Below are positions 13,366 through 26,712 of a DNA stretch of 64,000 bases, piece by piece (positions within the stretch are counted from its first letter, which is position 1; each line of letters begins with the position of its first letter). Below the pieces are notes generated by a model that worked only from the letters and a program-made list of their open reading frames with translations, ran no database searches and was not told where the DNA came from. A program made the position numbers and the translations under genes. The stretch is from Octopus sinensis (taxonomy: Eukaryota): positions 744,001 through 808,000 of the forward strand of contig NW_021832231.1 of the NCBI RefSeq assembly GCF_006345805.1, written 5' to 3'.

Positions 13366-14443
13366 ATGTTTAATTATTTATTATCTTTAATATTTATTTA
13401 ATTTATATATTATTAAACTTTTATTAGCTGGTGATTCTAAAATAAAAATATAATAAATTGTATGTATTTCCAGATTGATTTCCTTTTTATCTTTGAATTA
13501 GTTTAATGGAGAAAAATTCAAAATCAAACATTTTTAAGTCTCCCGAACTGATAATCAGCATTATAATCTGTGTACGATTGAACATTGTTCATGTTTTTTA
13601 CAGATTTTATCTCTAATATTGCTGTTTGTGATCATCAACAGTAAAAGTTATATCCATATTAGTGTGGAATGCGAAAACATAACCAAGACAATTTCAGTAC
13701 CTGTCGAATATCCATTCAGGTCACTAAACAATGAAATAATCGGTTAGATTGGGAAATCAGAGAAATATTGGAACATATTCATGTTTTTTGACACTCAGCC
13801 AGCTTTCAACGAGTTTTACCTATTTTTACGTATTTTCGCTCTCTCTTACCGCATTTTACAGTCTCTTGTACATTTTAATGAAAATATTTCACAAAAAACT
13901 AGAAAAGTCCCAAAGAATACGGAAATTTGTAATGTTATGTTTATTTTTATAGTTAGCATTCCTTCATTGCCATTACCCTCGCATTTATTTCGGGATTCGC
14001 TGCTTCGATGTGGATTCCGAGTTACCTCGAACTTTCCACCATCACTAAAAACGAGTATTTGTGTCAAGAATTTGACGGAAGATGTCTAATAATCAGTTCC
14101 CCTTCTCTGAATTTCTTGAAATACTCGCTGGTAATTAGTTTTTTTTATTTTTTAGTTTTTTGCGTTTGTTATCACTGCAGGGTGGATTGCTGAGTTTTGG
14201 TTTGCATTTAAACAAACCGATTGGATAAATAATGTCAAAAATAAATATCGTAGAACTGGTTCCAGACTTTTACAGAGCTAGATGATTTAAAATAAATTAT
14301 TATCTGTTTTCAAATAGTCATTATTGTAACAATATTATTCATTCTGGACTAATAATTAAGTAGACAATTCGATATTTTACTTAAATGAGGTTGAGTTGGA
14401 ATTGTCTTAAACTTTTATAAAATTATTTGTAATTATTTTCAGA

Positions 14444-14498
14444 AACTAATATACATTGCATCACATGATAAACCTTAAGTGTCGATTTTATGAACAGC
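14444..14498 (+). repeat. Diverged about 55-bp copy of the eIF2-alpha 5' UTR and first codons
   Basis: atacattgcatcacatgataaaccttaagtgtcgattttatgaacagca versus atacattgcatcagatgataaacctcaagtgtagattttatgaacagca at about 15470-15518. Confidence 0.8.
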
Positions 14499-14859
14499 AC
14501 AAAGGAAATAATAAAGGAATTTGTAATTTCCATTTAATGATCTCCAGTATTTGTAATCTTTTTCTATTCTGAAAGTGTCAGCACGTTATCAACAAAATCT
14601 CATCTCCATCAATGAGACGTATTGACCTCAAGCTACGATCACACTTATAAATTGTGAATATTTTTAATTCTCCAGTATTGTTCACATTCAGCATAAAATT
14701 GACACATTTTCCAGAGAAAACGCATCCGATTCGAAACCTACTTTTTCCCTGACAAGATTGGTCTCCCTGAAAGTATTATCCAAAGAAGATGCCACTTTTT
14801 CCTTCCGGATTAATATGTGCAGACTGGAAGTCACTCTGTAGTCCGTGTTAGTCGAACAG

Positions 14860-15370
14860 GTTGTATTGAGGTAGTCACTCTTTGCGAGGTTTTATTGATA
14901 TTTGTGTTTTGTACAAAAGAAAATTCAATTGTAGAAAGAACTGCTCGTTATTGGTTTGAAAATTCAGATCTCCAAAAGCCACGTTGTTCTGGCCGCGCAG
15001 GAAACTTGAAAAAAAGAAGTTAAACTAACTTTTACATAAAATTCATATCAAACAAAACGGGAATTTAGAAAGAAATTGTTCATATATATGTAAAGCATTT
15101 TCACTGAATTTAAGTTACAATGCTTCAAACAATAACACAAAAATCAATCGCAGGTTTGCTTAGTCAACACCGCTCGATTCATAAACATCCTGTGATGAAA
15201 AATGGTGTCTGTACATCAACATGAAGCAACGTTTAGTCCCTTTATAAAGGCAGGATTATGTGTAAAACAAAATTTTCATTACCGTAGAGGGATGTTGTGT
15301 GTGGTCATTAATTACGAATTGTTGGAAAGAAATCAAACTTTCGATGCGGAACAATATGGGTCTCAAAGTA
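14860..15370 (+). mobile_element. Degenerate mariner transposase remnant
   Basis: ERTARYWFE...KPRCSGR (HTH/GRPR-like) and YELLERNQTFDAEQYGSQ (mariner catalytic-region motif). No TIRs identified. Confidence 0.6.
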
Positions 15371-15483
15371 ATTTAGATCATGTAAGTTCTTGTGAAAGAT
15401 ATATTATTACTAAATAGTTATATATTATTTCGTGTTAATTTAACTTTTAATTAAAATACAATAAACTATATACATTGCATCAG

Positions 15484-16607
15484 ATGATAAACCTCAAGTG
15501 TAGATTTTATGAACAGCAATTCCCGAACGAAAATGATCCAGTGATGATAAAAATCCTGAATATTGACAACTTTGGGGTGAAAGTCAACCTTCTAGAATAC
15601 GACATCGAAGGAATGATCATTCTAAGTGAGTTATCCAGAAAGAGAATACGTGTCGTTCACAAATTCGTCAAAATCGGACGTGTAGATGTAGCCATTGCAG
15701 TCCGTGTCGATGGAATCAGACGTATCCCCTCGTCTAATTTGTAGACTCTGTCGACCTTTCCAAAAAGAGGGCCACCATCGACGACGCCAAAAAATGCACG
15801 GAGAACTATAACCGAGTCAAAGCGGTTCACATTTTGATTCCAATCCTGGCAGGTCAACCAAATGGTGACCTACACGGCCTGTCGACTTGGATACACCACG
15901 AACGAGCAACTCGAGGATTTGATGACTCGAAGTGCCTGGTTTTTTGACTCAAAGTACGACAAAGTTGGCATTTCCTACGAAATCTTTAAAAAATCTGCCA
16001 CGTAATTAAAAATTGAGATTTGAAGGGACCCGAGCCTGTTGGGGCAGTGTGATCTGTCGGATGAGGAGAGAAGAGTTCTCCAAGAAGTAATCTGCAACCG
16101 AATGTCCCCTCAACCCAAGAAAATGAGGACCGGTGAGAGTGGAGTGATATATTTGCAGATATTAAAGTGCAATGTTTCGAAGAGGAGGGTGTTGAGGCAG
16201 TGAGGGAGGCACTCATGGCAGGGATGGGTGCTTCGTCTGAGCAAATGCCAATTAATGTGTGTGGGGATGTCTATGCGTAGATTAGTCTGATTGCCCCGCC
16301 GAGGTTTGTGATCACGACTCATACATTGCAACTGGACTTGGGGATTGCTACAATCCAGGACTGCATAGAGAGAATAGAGACTACGATTAAGAAGTATAAT
16401 GGAGTGTTTGAGATTGAAAAGAAGGTGCTTGTTTTTAGCTACTGTGTTTAGCCGTGGTTTACCTCCGACCAGGATGATGATGACTTGTTGGAGGAGTATA
16501 TTCGGGTGGAGAATGCAACTAAGGCAGTGGATGGGGATGATGATGTGTGTGATTCGATGGGTCCCTTGGACAATGAGTTAAATGAGATCGAGTCACTCAC
16601 TATTTGA
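15484..16607 (+). CDS. EIF2S1: Translation initiation factor eIF2 alpha
   Basis: MINLKCRFYEQQFP..LLEYDIEGMIILSELSRKRIR (Ser51 loop intact)..VDLSKKR..ISLIAPPRFV. Six GT-AG introns of 23-28 nt give a continuous frame. Confidence 0.96.
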
Positions 16608-17023
16608 TTATTAATAATGTCCTATTATTTGTTATTTTGAACTTAACGAACGTATATAAAGATACTTGTAAAACCTGTAATAGTTATCAAGACATGTTTT
16701 GTGACTTTAATTATGTTCAGTCCTCGACATTCTTGTTAAACAACATGCAAATATTTATGTTTCAAATGTTAGGTATGCTTTTTATAAGGAATTAGAATAA
16801 CAGAAATTAAGAATTTTTGGTCAAAGATAGCATTGTTGAACGTTTAAAGCAGTATATTTGTGACTTCCATATTTCACATTTTATAATTTTTTGCGCGTTT
16901 ACAGATTACGATCAGACTGGCGAATAAAGCATAGTTTTACGTAAATAACGAATTATAGTTATACAGAAATGTTTAGCAGTTAACATAATAATAAATTTTT
17001 ATGAATAAATGAAATATTTTTAG

Positions 17024-17948
17024 ATGCAAAATCAACAAGAAAGTGAACTTTCCCACGACCGATTGCTACCTCTTATCACTGAAGGTAATTTAATGGCATT
17101 GTCAAAAGTCAACCTCAGTGGTTTAGTTAATGACTCCTTCGAAAAGTCAACAATAGCAAGAACTATTTAATGACTTGTATTTTAGTTCGAGTGCTATAGT
17201 GTGGTAGTTTGGGTATATCTGATAAGAAATTAATAGTTCCTTAATGGGTACTGACATAATATTAGTGCTGACGTTTATCCAATTCATAATTCTGTTTAGA
17301 AAGTTACGACTTAACGTATGCCGATACTACCACAGGTATCTTTAAAAAACATTCAAGTCAAACACTGCTCAAACTGCCTTGTGACTACGACTCCCTTGTG
17401 GCGTAGAGACGTGCAGGGAAATTATTTGTGCAATGCCTGCGGTCTCTACCTACGAATAAACAACCGTCCACGTCCAATCACACAACCAAAAAAAGAACAG
17501 TATATTTTTAGATTATGTCTTAGAGTCTCAATAAGAGAACTGGGCTTGTTTGTTCAAACTGTAGCACTCAGACAACCACTTTGTGGAGAAGAAATGAGAA
17601 AGGGGAGAGTGTTTGTAATGCTTGTGGATTGTACTATAAACTACACAACGTACATGTTTTATTATCATTCCATAGTATACTCGGCCAGTATATCTCAACA
17701 AATCGGGTATCCAAACTCGCAATCGGCGACTAAAGAGCCTTGAAAATGTGGATAGTTTGTCGTTCCAATATGTCCCGTATTGCGGGAATCTCACAAATAA
17801 TTATTTACAAAATGGGACTGCTTACGGCTTTCAGACGCCGAATATACATGATAATTTTTATTATAATTTCCCCAACATTCCGAGATTCGAAAATCCAAAT
17901 CCTCAAATAAACTATGAGACTTTTTATTTTCCTCCTTATGGAAATTAA
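17024..17948 (+). CDS. GATA: GATA transcription factor with two zinc fingers (GATA1/2/3-like)
   Basis: [28 protein letters not shown] and [40 protein letters not shown]. Needs one extra A in the A7 run near 17490. 5' exons uncertain. Confidence 0.9.
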
Positions 17949-18921
17949 AATTATACATCAATTATTTTATTTGCTTATTCAAGTTCGCGTTTTATTAAGC
18001 TTGCTCACAACTTGTTAATATCTACTAGGAAATCAAAATCAGAGAAAAAGTGGCGTCATGAGGCACCGTTAGCAAAGAAATCATCAATAAAGATTATATT
18101 TAGGAATCGAAAACTCCTCAAATTTTGGAATATGATCCTAAGAGAGCCATATTTATTTTTAATACCAACAACGGTTAAATAGAAAAGAAAGACAAATAAC
18201 TGTAAAAACCATTGTGTTTATTCTGAACAGCATTGCGTCAACAAAATAATTTTTTAAATATTTTGGCACTAAATGTTTTCTTACATGTGTTTGGATGAAT
18301 GAATCAAAACAAAACCAAATGAGACACGCGATCTACAGATTTGAGATAGGAGAGCTATAGATTAATTCCCAAATGACCCATTCTTGAAGATTAAAAATAA
18401 CGATTTTCATTCATTTGCAACCAACCGTTATGAGATCAGTTTTACATAAAGCCTGGAGCTTATTTATCAAATCTGTTCATTTGAATTAACTTGCCAGCTC
18501 GAATATTCATCCACATGTTTAAGACTTTTGTCCGACTAGTTATATGACAGCCTAATAGTCAATTCAATACTTGTTTTTGAAAAGAACTGTAAAACTAGTT
18601 TCATTATGAATCAATACTGATATACTCAAAATATTTGAACAATGATTGGTATGTTTAGAAAAAGACATTCACCTTGTCATTATTATATTATGTCCTGTCC
18701 AATTTATAAGTACACAATTAATAGTTTTGATTAGTTCCGAGTCACACAAAACGGAGTTATAAAAAGTTGTGCAGCGCTAAGTGGTAAAACCCATAATTTC
18801 TTTTATTTTCTTAAAAATAATTTTATACACAAAAACAAAAACTCTCAGCAAGCTTTATTGAAAATATAAAATCTGACATGATAGCGACTTAAAGTCAAAT
18901 ACAGCTTACACTCTCACAATT

Positions 18922-21900
18922 ATTATTATAACACATTCCGTAGGAACATAAACAAAGTTATAATCCCACACGTGTCACAAGCGAAACAATCTTCTGTCCC
19001 ATTCTCGTCCATGCCCCTCTGTTGCAGGCAAGATCCCGCAAAGATTCTAGGTCGTCCCAGTTTTTAAAACTTTTGCCATGAAGTTTGAGATCCCTTTCCA
19101 GAACTGCCGGAAGAGTGGATCTACACGATATTTGTCTCCATGTTCGGAGAAATAATCGTCCATTGCCCGATTGGCCGGAGCTCTGGGGTCCATTCGCAAA
19201 ATGTGGCCAAATAATTTCCACCGGCCTCCAACGATTTCTTGAGACAACGGCGTAGCATCGTAATGTTTATACAGAGATAGATTGTTAATTTTTGATGGCC
19301 AGTGTATTCCGTGTAAGAGACTTAGTTGTTTACGGTGAGAAGAGTCTTCAGTTCAGTGTCCGAGATCCCCTATGTTGACGAGTTGTATAGTAGAACAGGC
19401 TTTACGAATGTATTATAAAGCCTTGATCTGAGGGCCCGATTTATCGGCCAAGCTTAGAGCCATTTTTTACGTATTCTGCTCAGAGCCGCGGTAGCAAGCA
19501 TCTTTCTACGAGAAATGTCTTCACTATCTCCAAGTAGGGAGCCGAGTTTGTTGGCGTTCCTCCATGTTTCGCCAATTCTGGTGTCCATTCGTTTTATCTC
19601 CGTCAATTCAGTTTTGGAAGTGTTAATTATCAGGAACCATTTGTAAGCACCCGTGGGGAATTGTTTAGTAGATGAATTAGATCATCTATGTTGTCCGAGG
19701 CATCGTCGGCATATACAATTTCGGTGATAGAATCATTATAGAAAGTTCTCAAATCTCTCAAAGCGACTTCCAGATAGATTACAAATAGCAGGGGGAGAGA
19801 GTCTCCCTGAGGCGTGCCGACATTCGTTTTGAACCACCTGGAGGAGACTGACCTAATACGAACAGAAAGTTCTGTCTTAGCAAGTAGCAATCGTATAATT
19901 CTCACTTTATCCACCTCTAGGAAGCTTTCCAGAACCCCGATACAGTCCGACCCCCAAATGGGGCACCAAGTGCCCCAAAATGCGGGGGTGCCCCAAAAAC
20001 AGGGGTTTGTTATTTTTTTAAAAATTAAACCATTAATAAACATCAAAAAACATTTTTACTAAAATATTCAGTTATTTTCTTTTATTTGTAGAGTTTTGTC
20101 TGATATTGTTCGTCAATTTCAGCCGAAAATCAAAAAAATCTCGGAGCATACTTGGTGCAACATTAGAAATTTTTTCTTCTACGGTAAATTAACGACTATA
20201 AAATTATAATACAGTTTCATCACAATTAAATATATTCTCAGGTCCATATTTTAATACTTTCTGGTCATATTTTTCAAAATAATTTTTCACATAAGATAAA
20301 TCACATGAAGCTTTTTCACCACATATTGACTTGAATTGAAGTTCATGCCGCAATTTAAATCTATCAAGCCACCCATTGGAAGCTTTAAAAGAAGTAAATC
20401 CAATTTTTGAAGCTGTAACTAAGGCAATTTTTTTCAAAATAGGGCCTGAAATCGGAATTTTATCTACGCGTAGTCTTTGAAATATTTCAAAGACTTGATC
20501 ATCAAATTTATCTTTATCGGCTTTAAATGTGTCATATTCCTCAGAAATAGTATTGCCGTGTTGCAAGAAAGGTACAATATTTCGTTTTATTCTTGATATT
20601 GTTCCTTTACTTGTGTTGTACTTTTTCATTAGTTGCCTCTCAGATAAATTTTTCTTCAAAATTTCTTTAGCAATCTTCAATTAGTTTCGTAATCCATAAC
20701 CACAACAATAAAAATATAAATTGAAAATAAAACAAAAAATAATTAATTTATTATAATTTTATTTTATTTTTAATTCCTTATAAATGATTTTATGGTGCCC
20801 CAAAAATTCCATAATTTTTTATCGATTTTTATTTTTTTTCTGCCAAAATGTACTTTTGGAATAAAGTGCCCCAAATTGCGGGGGTGCCCCAAAATCCGAG
20901 GGTGCCCCACCCCTGGGGTCTGCCCCATTTTGGGGTCGGACTGTAAGTAGGTCACGACGGACACAGTCAAAAGCCTTAGACATATCGATGCCAAGGATAG
21001 TCGTAGCTTTTTTAAATTTCTGCTGGACAGCGCAGCGCCATCTGTGACTCCAGACTATATCAGCTGTGGATCTTCTAGCCCTGAATCCGCTGTGACTGGG
21101 GGAGAGATATTCTTTAACAGTTCTGGTTATGCGACCGAGTGTAACGAGTGAGAAAAGTTTTCTCAGAGTGTTTACTAGTACTCGGTCGTGGCCCTTATTT
21201 TAATTGAGGTGGTGACAACTCTCTATTGCACAATGTCTGATATAACACAAGCAAAACAATCATACGAACTATCTATTATGTCTTTCAATGTAAGAGGCCT
21301 TAAATCGACTTGGAAACAACATGCACTATGTGAGGACATTAAAAAATACAGGATCTCGGTTGGATGTCTACAATAACCAAAGTGAAACTCGGAGATGACC
21401 AAGTATATGGGGTCTATCGCCTTATTCTGCTGCCCTCTAAATGCGGGCACTATGGCTAAGGCTTTGTGACACACAAACACTTATCTACTTGTATTCATGA
21501 GGGTTACCGATCGAATATCTGTACTACAAATAAGTACCGGACACAAATCCAGAATGCTTTCTATCATTAATGTTTATGCCCCTCAAAGTGGCAGGATTGC
21601 CAAGAATCTCGACGAACTAGACTCTTTTTACGAGGAGCTAGCTAGGACACTCACAAGTCTGGAGGATTCGTCCATTCTATTCATCGCGGGGGATTGGAAT
21701 GCCAAAGTTGGCATCCGCTCTGGGGACGAGCAGTTTATTGGCAGATATGGCGTGGGTACAGAAACTTTCCGGGTACTCTTCTGGCTCATTTCTGTGAGAC
21801 CTTCTCACTATTTTTGTGTAACACGGCTTTCTGCCACGCTGCACGACATCGGACCACATGGACTGGAAGTAGAACAACCTACATCAATCTACAACCAAAT

Positions 21901-22322
21901 CCATTATATTCTTTGAAGACAGGCCGATAAGGCTGCCTTATTCGAATCCCGATCATATGGAGGATCTCGGGTTGACAGTGATCATAAAATGGTCGTTGGA
22001 CGTTTCAACATCAAGAAACACCATGCGGCCCTCAACGCGCGAAGACTCCCATCTTCTACAAGGAAAAGATATCTCACGGAAAAACTGTTGTACTCCTCCT
22101 TCACTCGGGAAAACTATCAAAAATCATTGGATGCTGCCACCCGGATGTTCGGGCGGTAATCGTTGAGTAAAAGGATCAAAAGCTCAGAATCGAAAACGAG
22201 AACGATCATAATAACAAACAGGCACTGAAGAGGAACGTGCCAGAATGCAACGACTCATTAAGAAACTAAACCGTCAGCACACTCTAGACACTCTGGAAAC
22301 CTTTCTAAACGAAATCGAAGAG
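18922..22322 (-). mobile_element. RTE-clade LINE with 5' inversion, interrupted by a Tigger element
   Basis: 12-bp TSD ACTCTCACAATT at 18910-18921 and 22323-22334; (TAA)n tail at the left end. RT on minus strand (GIDMSKAFD, GTPQGDSL, YADD, WKLFGHILRM). 5'UTR and APE domain on plus strand at about 21010-22322 (SFNVRGL, INVYAPQ, AGDWNAKVG, DSDHKMV). Confidence 0.92.
19943..20943 (-). mobile_element. Tigger/pogo-like DNA transposon, internally deleted
   Basis: TIR CAGTCCGACCCC(C/A)AAATGGGGCA with TA TSD; subterminal GTGCCCCAAA repeats; CENP-B-type HTH (FKASNGWLDRFKLRH) and NCDET. Removing it restores the RTE frame RDLL|IGVLESF. Confidence 0.93.
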
Positions 22323-22365
22323 ACTCTCACAATTGTCAATTAAGAAACAAATTATATTCAAAAAA

Positions 22366-24890
22366 TCATCTTTTATATTTCTTGAAGAGTTGATTTATTC
22401 GGGTCGAAGGGGAGGAAGCACGTTTAGTGGTATCAACATAAACCAATCCATGTCCCCCAGATAACCCACTCATTGTTTTAGTCAACTTTTCAGACTTTTT
22501 AAACTCATTTTCAATGTCCTCCTCAATAATCCCCTTCTCACACTGCCGCAGTATTTCCTGGAGCAATGTCGCCTGTTCAGCGGCAGTCGAGTAAAAAAGA
22601 GGCGCACTGTCCAGTCCAGGCAATTTTTTAATAATATTATAGCAATATCCCTGGTTTACTAAAAACTTGTGGCGTTTTGCCGCATAGCGACTCTCCGCAG
22701 TGTCCTGAGAGATGAGGGAATAAAAAAAGGCGTTGTACTCCTCCCCAACTGCCCCTGAAAATATAAAAAGAAAGACTGCCTTTCTTTGGTCTCAAAATCC
22801 TCCCCAGTCTCTGAGCTTCCTGTCTTCTCGACCCTCCGTGACTCGAAATCTGAATAAGGACATTGGCGTCGGGCAAGTCGAAGGACGTGTCGGCCACTTT
22901 GGACACAAAAATAGTATTCACGGTCGGACTAGTTTGAAACTTGTGCAAAATCGAGAACCGTTCTTCCTGCGAGGTGGGGCCGTACAAAAAATGTCTGGGA
23001 CACCAAAAAACATTACTTTTTTAATTTGATTGCGTAGTGCATAAGGGCCACTACTGAGTCTGAGAAAACAATGATTTTGTCGTTTCTTTTCTCGTGGTAC
23101 TCAATGAGGAATTGACAGGCTCGGAATTTGTTGGGGTTCATGACGTACAAGAGCATTCTCTTCATATGCTTGGCATTCATATACTCCTGGTAGAACTCGG
23201 CAGTCATAGGACACCACACCTACCCTCACTACTCCCCCAACCTCAGCACACTGCACTTTGGCTATATATCCCTGCTTCTGGAGGTCGAGCCAATTGGCCT
23301 CATATAGTTTGGGACCAATCAGGAAGTTGAGGTCCGCGATTTTGTCATCTTCCCTCACAAGTGTGGCAGTCAAACCAATCTTGCAATGTGCTCTCAGAAT
23401 CGTCAACACTTGTCGGAATATCTTGGCTGGAATAGTGTGGACTTCTAATTCCGTCATTTCCGTGATATACCATCAAGAAGAAGTAGTCCCCACTCGTTGT
23501 TCTTGACCCACTGCATAACCCTCTCCGAATCAAGAGACCTCTGTTTGGAATGGGATATCATATTATACGTACTAATACACACACTGTGCTTATCTACACA
23601 CTCACAACACTCACTCACCGTCGGGAACTTGCTTAGTGTTGGATATAAAACGGAATATATGTTTGTCCGCGATATCACTCCACAATCGGAACTGTGACCT
23701 CCACTGCTCTACCGACACGGTGGACGTACACAGAATCATACACCTCTTCCTCACAGTGCAGGCCGCAGTCACACCCACCAAAGACTTCCCGGCTCCACAA
23801 GGAAGCACAATTATCCCCGACCGAGCTCTCCGTTGCAGAAAATCTTTCTTAAACTCTTTTCTTGGTAGGGACGGACCATTGTCGAAGGTCGCAGTCGAAT
23901 TCTGGGCATGTGAGTGAGGGATTACGGAATATTCGGGTTAGAAGAGTCGTTTCGGAAATCGTACTCACTCAGCAGTGGAAATTCCAACTCATTGCATCTT
24001 TTCTGAACCAATTCGACTTTATTTTGATTTATTTCAAAAGAATGCAAGTCACTCTCCTCTTCCTTTGAGGTCTCGTCCTCATAAAACGTGTTCAAGTCAT
24101 TCCTAAACATGTCTCCACCACTTTTACTGTTCTCTAGGCTTGATGGCAGGCTGAAAATGTTCTTCTGACACACACATTCGCAAAACCGGATCTTCGAGCA
24201 GAGTTTTGTAAATGTTCTGAGCTATTCTGGATAAAATATACCTCAAAACGAGTTTCCAGGTAATATCGGTTAAATTTGAGGACAAACATCACTTTTCCAT
24301 AACTCAAAGTGCATGACTAAGTTGAGAAACTTATAACAACTTCAATAAAATTGAGGACGGTTGATGGAATGGAAGTCCTGGACAAACGGGACAGCCCGTC
24401 AATGATATGCTGAGTCTCCAAACCTACGGAAACGGCTGCATATAAAGAATAGGCCGTCATTTTATATTCGTGGGTGTACTCTGGACGGGATACGGGCTAC
24501 TTATAAGGGGAATCAGCAACCTCTGCAATGGCAATGAGAAAGTCGTTGGCGTGCTTGCAAATAGGCGAGGATGCTTCCAGGAAGATGTGGGCGTCAGGAG
24601 TAACCCACAGGGGACAATTGGAAATGTCTTGTTTGAGTACAAGTTGGGCGGTATAGTCCTTCACTCCGTATTTGTCCTTGACTGTCATGTCTTTGACTTT
24701 TCTTGATGCTGCCTTGGGGAGGACAGAGTCTTCGTCGGCATTGGGGGTATCTACTCGTTTTGGAGATTATATAATACGTGAGAGAAATTTATCTACGTCG
24801 TATAACTTTTTTTTCTTTGAATGCAAGTCCCCTTAAATATAATTTGGCCAAAAATCTACCTTTCAGATCATCTGGTTTACGCTTACTCAT
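22366..24890 (-). CDS. ERCC3: TFIIH helicase XPB
   Basis: [69 protein letters not shown]. About 10 short introns. One missing G near 23830. Confidence 0.97.
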
Positions 24891-25100
24891 AACCACAAGA
24901 TATTTTTTAAATATTTTATTTAATAATTAATATTATAATTTTATTTAATAATTTTAAATATACTATTGTATTAAATTTAGAACAATTTATTAACACAATA
25001 TTACATAAAGTAGTAAAATAAACCACTAAGATAACCACAACAACCACAAAAAATTTAATTAATATATTACCAAATAAGATTTATTAAATATATAATTATT

Positions 25101-25559
25101 TTAAATATTTTTAACAGAATCGACAGTAAAGTAAACTCCTTCTTTGATACTGTCCAGAGCCTCGTTGTAGTGTGGAGGAGGATCGTCCGGGTTCGGCATG
25201 AATTCGGCAGAACTAAAGGAAGGGGGCAAACTTGTTTTAGAACTACGCCAGTAAGCCAGGGAGGAAGTACCCATTCGATTTGATCATATTCTGATAAAAT
25301 GCTTACAACCTTACTACCATGTTGATGACATGTATTCTGTACTGTGTCCAGTATTTTACAGAGAATATCGAAAAGACAACAGAAAAGAAAAGGATGAGTG
25401 AGAGAATCAATTTTGAGATTACTTTCTGGTCAACCATCGAACAAGCTTTGATATATTTTTAGAAATCGTACTTAATATTATAAAAGCCACTGTGCCAGAG
25501 AGAACACTGAGGGCAGTGAAGGTTGTCGCTCTCAAGAATAGTAATTCTTGTTTATGCAT
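25101..25559 (-). CDS. Small putative two-transmembrane protein with a C-terminal PPxY motif
   Basis: MHKQELLFLRATTFTALSVLSGTVAFIIL..LILSLILFFSVVFSIFSV..PDDPPPHYNEAL. Short introns; last junction not cleanly in frame. Confidence 0.5.
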
Positions 25560-26502
25560 TTAAATCAACTAAAACTAATTACTATTTAAAAAAATTATTT
25601 CACAATACTACAAAAATATTTTTTAACAATTTCAAATTATTTTATTTGAATTATTAAGTACGTTTTTAACCAAAATATTCAAGCTAAAATATTTATAAAT
25701 CTCTAACAAAACTTTTCGTGTCCGCCAATTAGAGTGGATTGTACAAAAAACTGAAACTTCACTGTTTCTGGCATCGGTCACTTTCTTTAATAAATATTCT
25801 TATTGTGACTTAAAGTGCCAAAAGGAGGGGACAGTCGACTGTTCTGCTATGAAGACTATTGTTCTAAATTTTAAAATATGGAAGGAAAGAATAGTTATTT
25901 ACAGGCTAAATAGGAGCTGAGCGAATATATTGAAAAGAAATGCCAACAATCTCCTAATAGTGACGGAAAGGCGTTTTCTATTTGATTTTTGGTCTCTACA
26001 ACCAATTATTTTTGGTATCTTGGACAAACGTTAAATAGGAAACCGAATTTTGATTTCAATACTCATTAAAGAAAGCAGCGCAGCTTATCTTTACTCGAAA
26101 AAATGCATCTAAAGATGAATTACTTTCAACAAAATTACTCGACTTTATTTTATTTTCTCTTAACATCAACAGCATAATTGATATTCTCTCTCAATATTAG
26201 AATTGACTTTTTTATTGCAATTATTCTTGTTTTGGTCAAGACTTACGGCGTGATGAGTGCGTGTCTCATCAAGAAAAGCAAACTCATCATTTTGAAAAAA
26301 GAAAAGAGCAACATGAAATTATTTGACTTTATTTGAGGATTTTTTCAAAATTCTTTGGGGGAATACTGCTTTTTAATTGAATTTATTATTAAGTTCATTA
26401 TTTAACTGGATAAATCGAAAAGAAATTATTTCTAAAATTATTTTAAAATATTCAAAAAGTTATTAACTAAAAATAGTATTTATAAATGAAATCTCGGGGG
26501 AA

Positions 26503-26712
26503 ATGAACGGTGATTTGGTGTTTACGTCAGACTACTATCTTTTTGGTGTAATTTTGCCAATATTAATTGTGTTTTCAGCTTTCTTGCTATTTTTTCTAAT
26601 TTATTTCATGAAAAGTCTTAAACACGTGAGAAATAATAAATTTTTTACAAATAGAAAAAAGAACAAAAAAGGATTGATCAAATACTCCAAATTCAACAAA
26701 ATTCAAAACTAA
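26503..26712 (+). CDS. Possible small single-pass membrane protein
   Basis: ATG after an AT-rich tract, a hydrophobic run (LFGVILPILIVFSAFLLFFLIYF), then a basic tail. No homology recognised. Confidence 0.35.
   Translation: MNGDLVFTSDYYLFGVILPILIVFSAFLLFFLIYFMKSLKHVRNNKFFTNRKKNKKGLIKYSKFNKIQN

Noticed and set aside
13749-14193. Cluster of short ORFs on both strands
   Set aside because: No recognisable domain or consistent exon chain; cannot be distinguished from chance ORFs.
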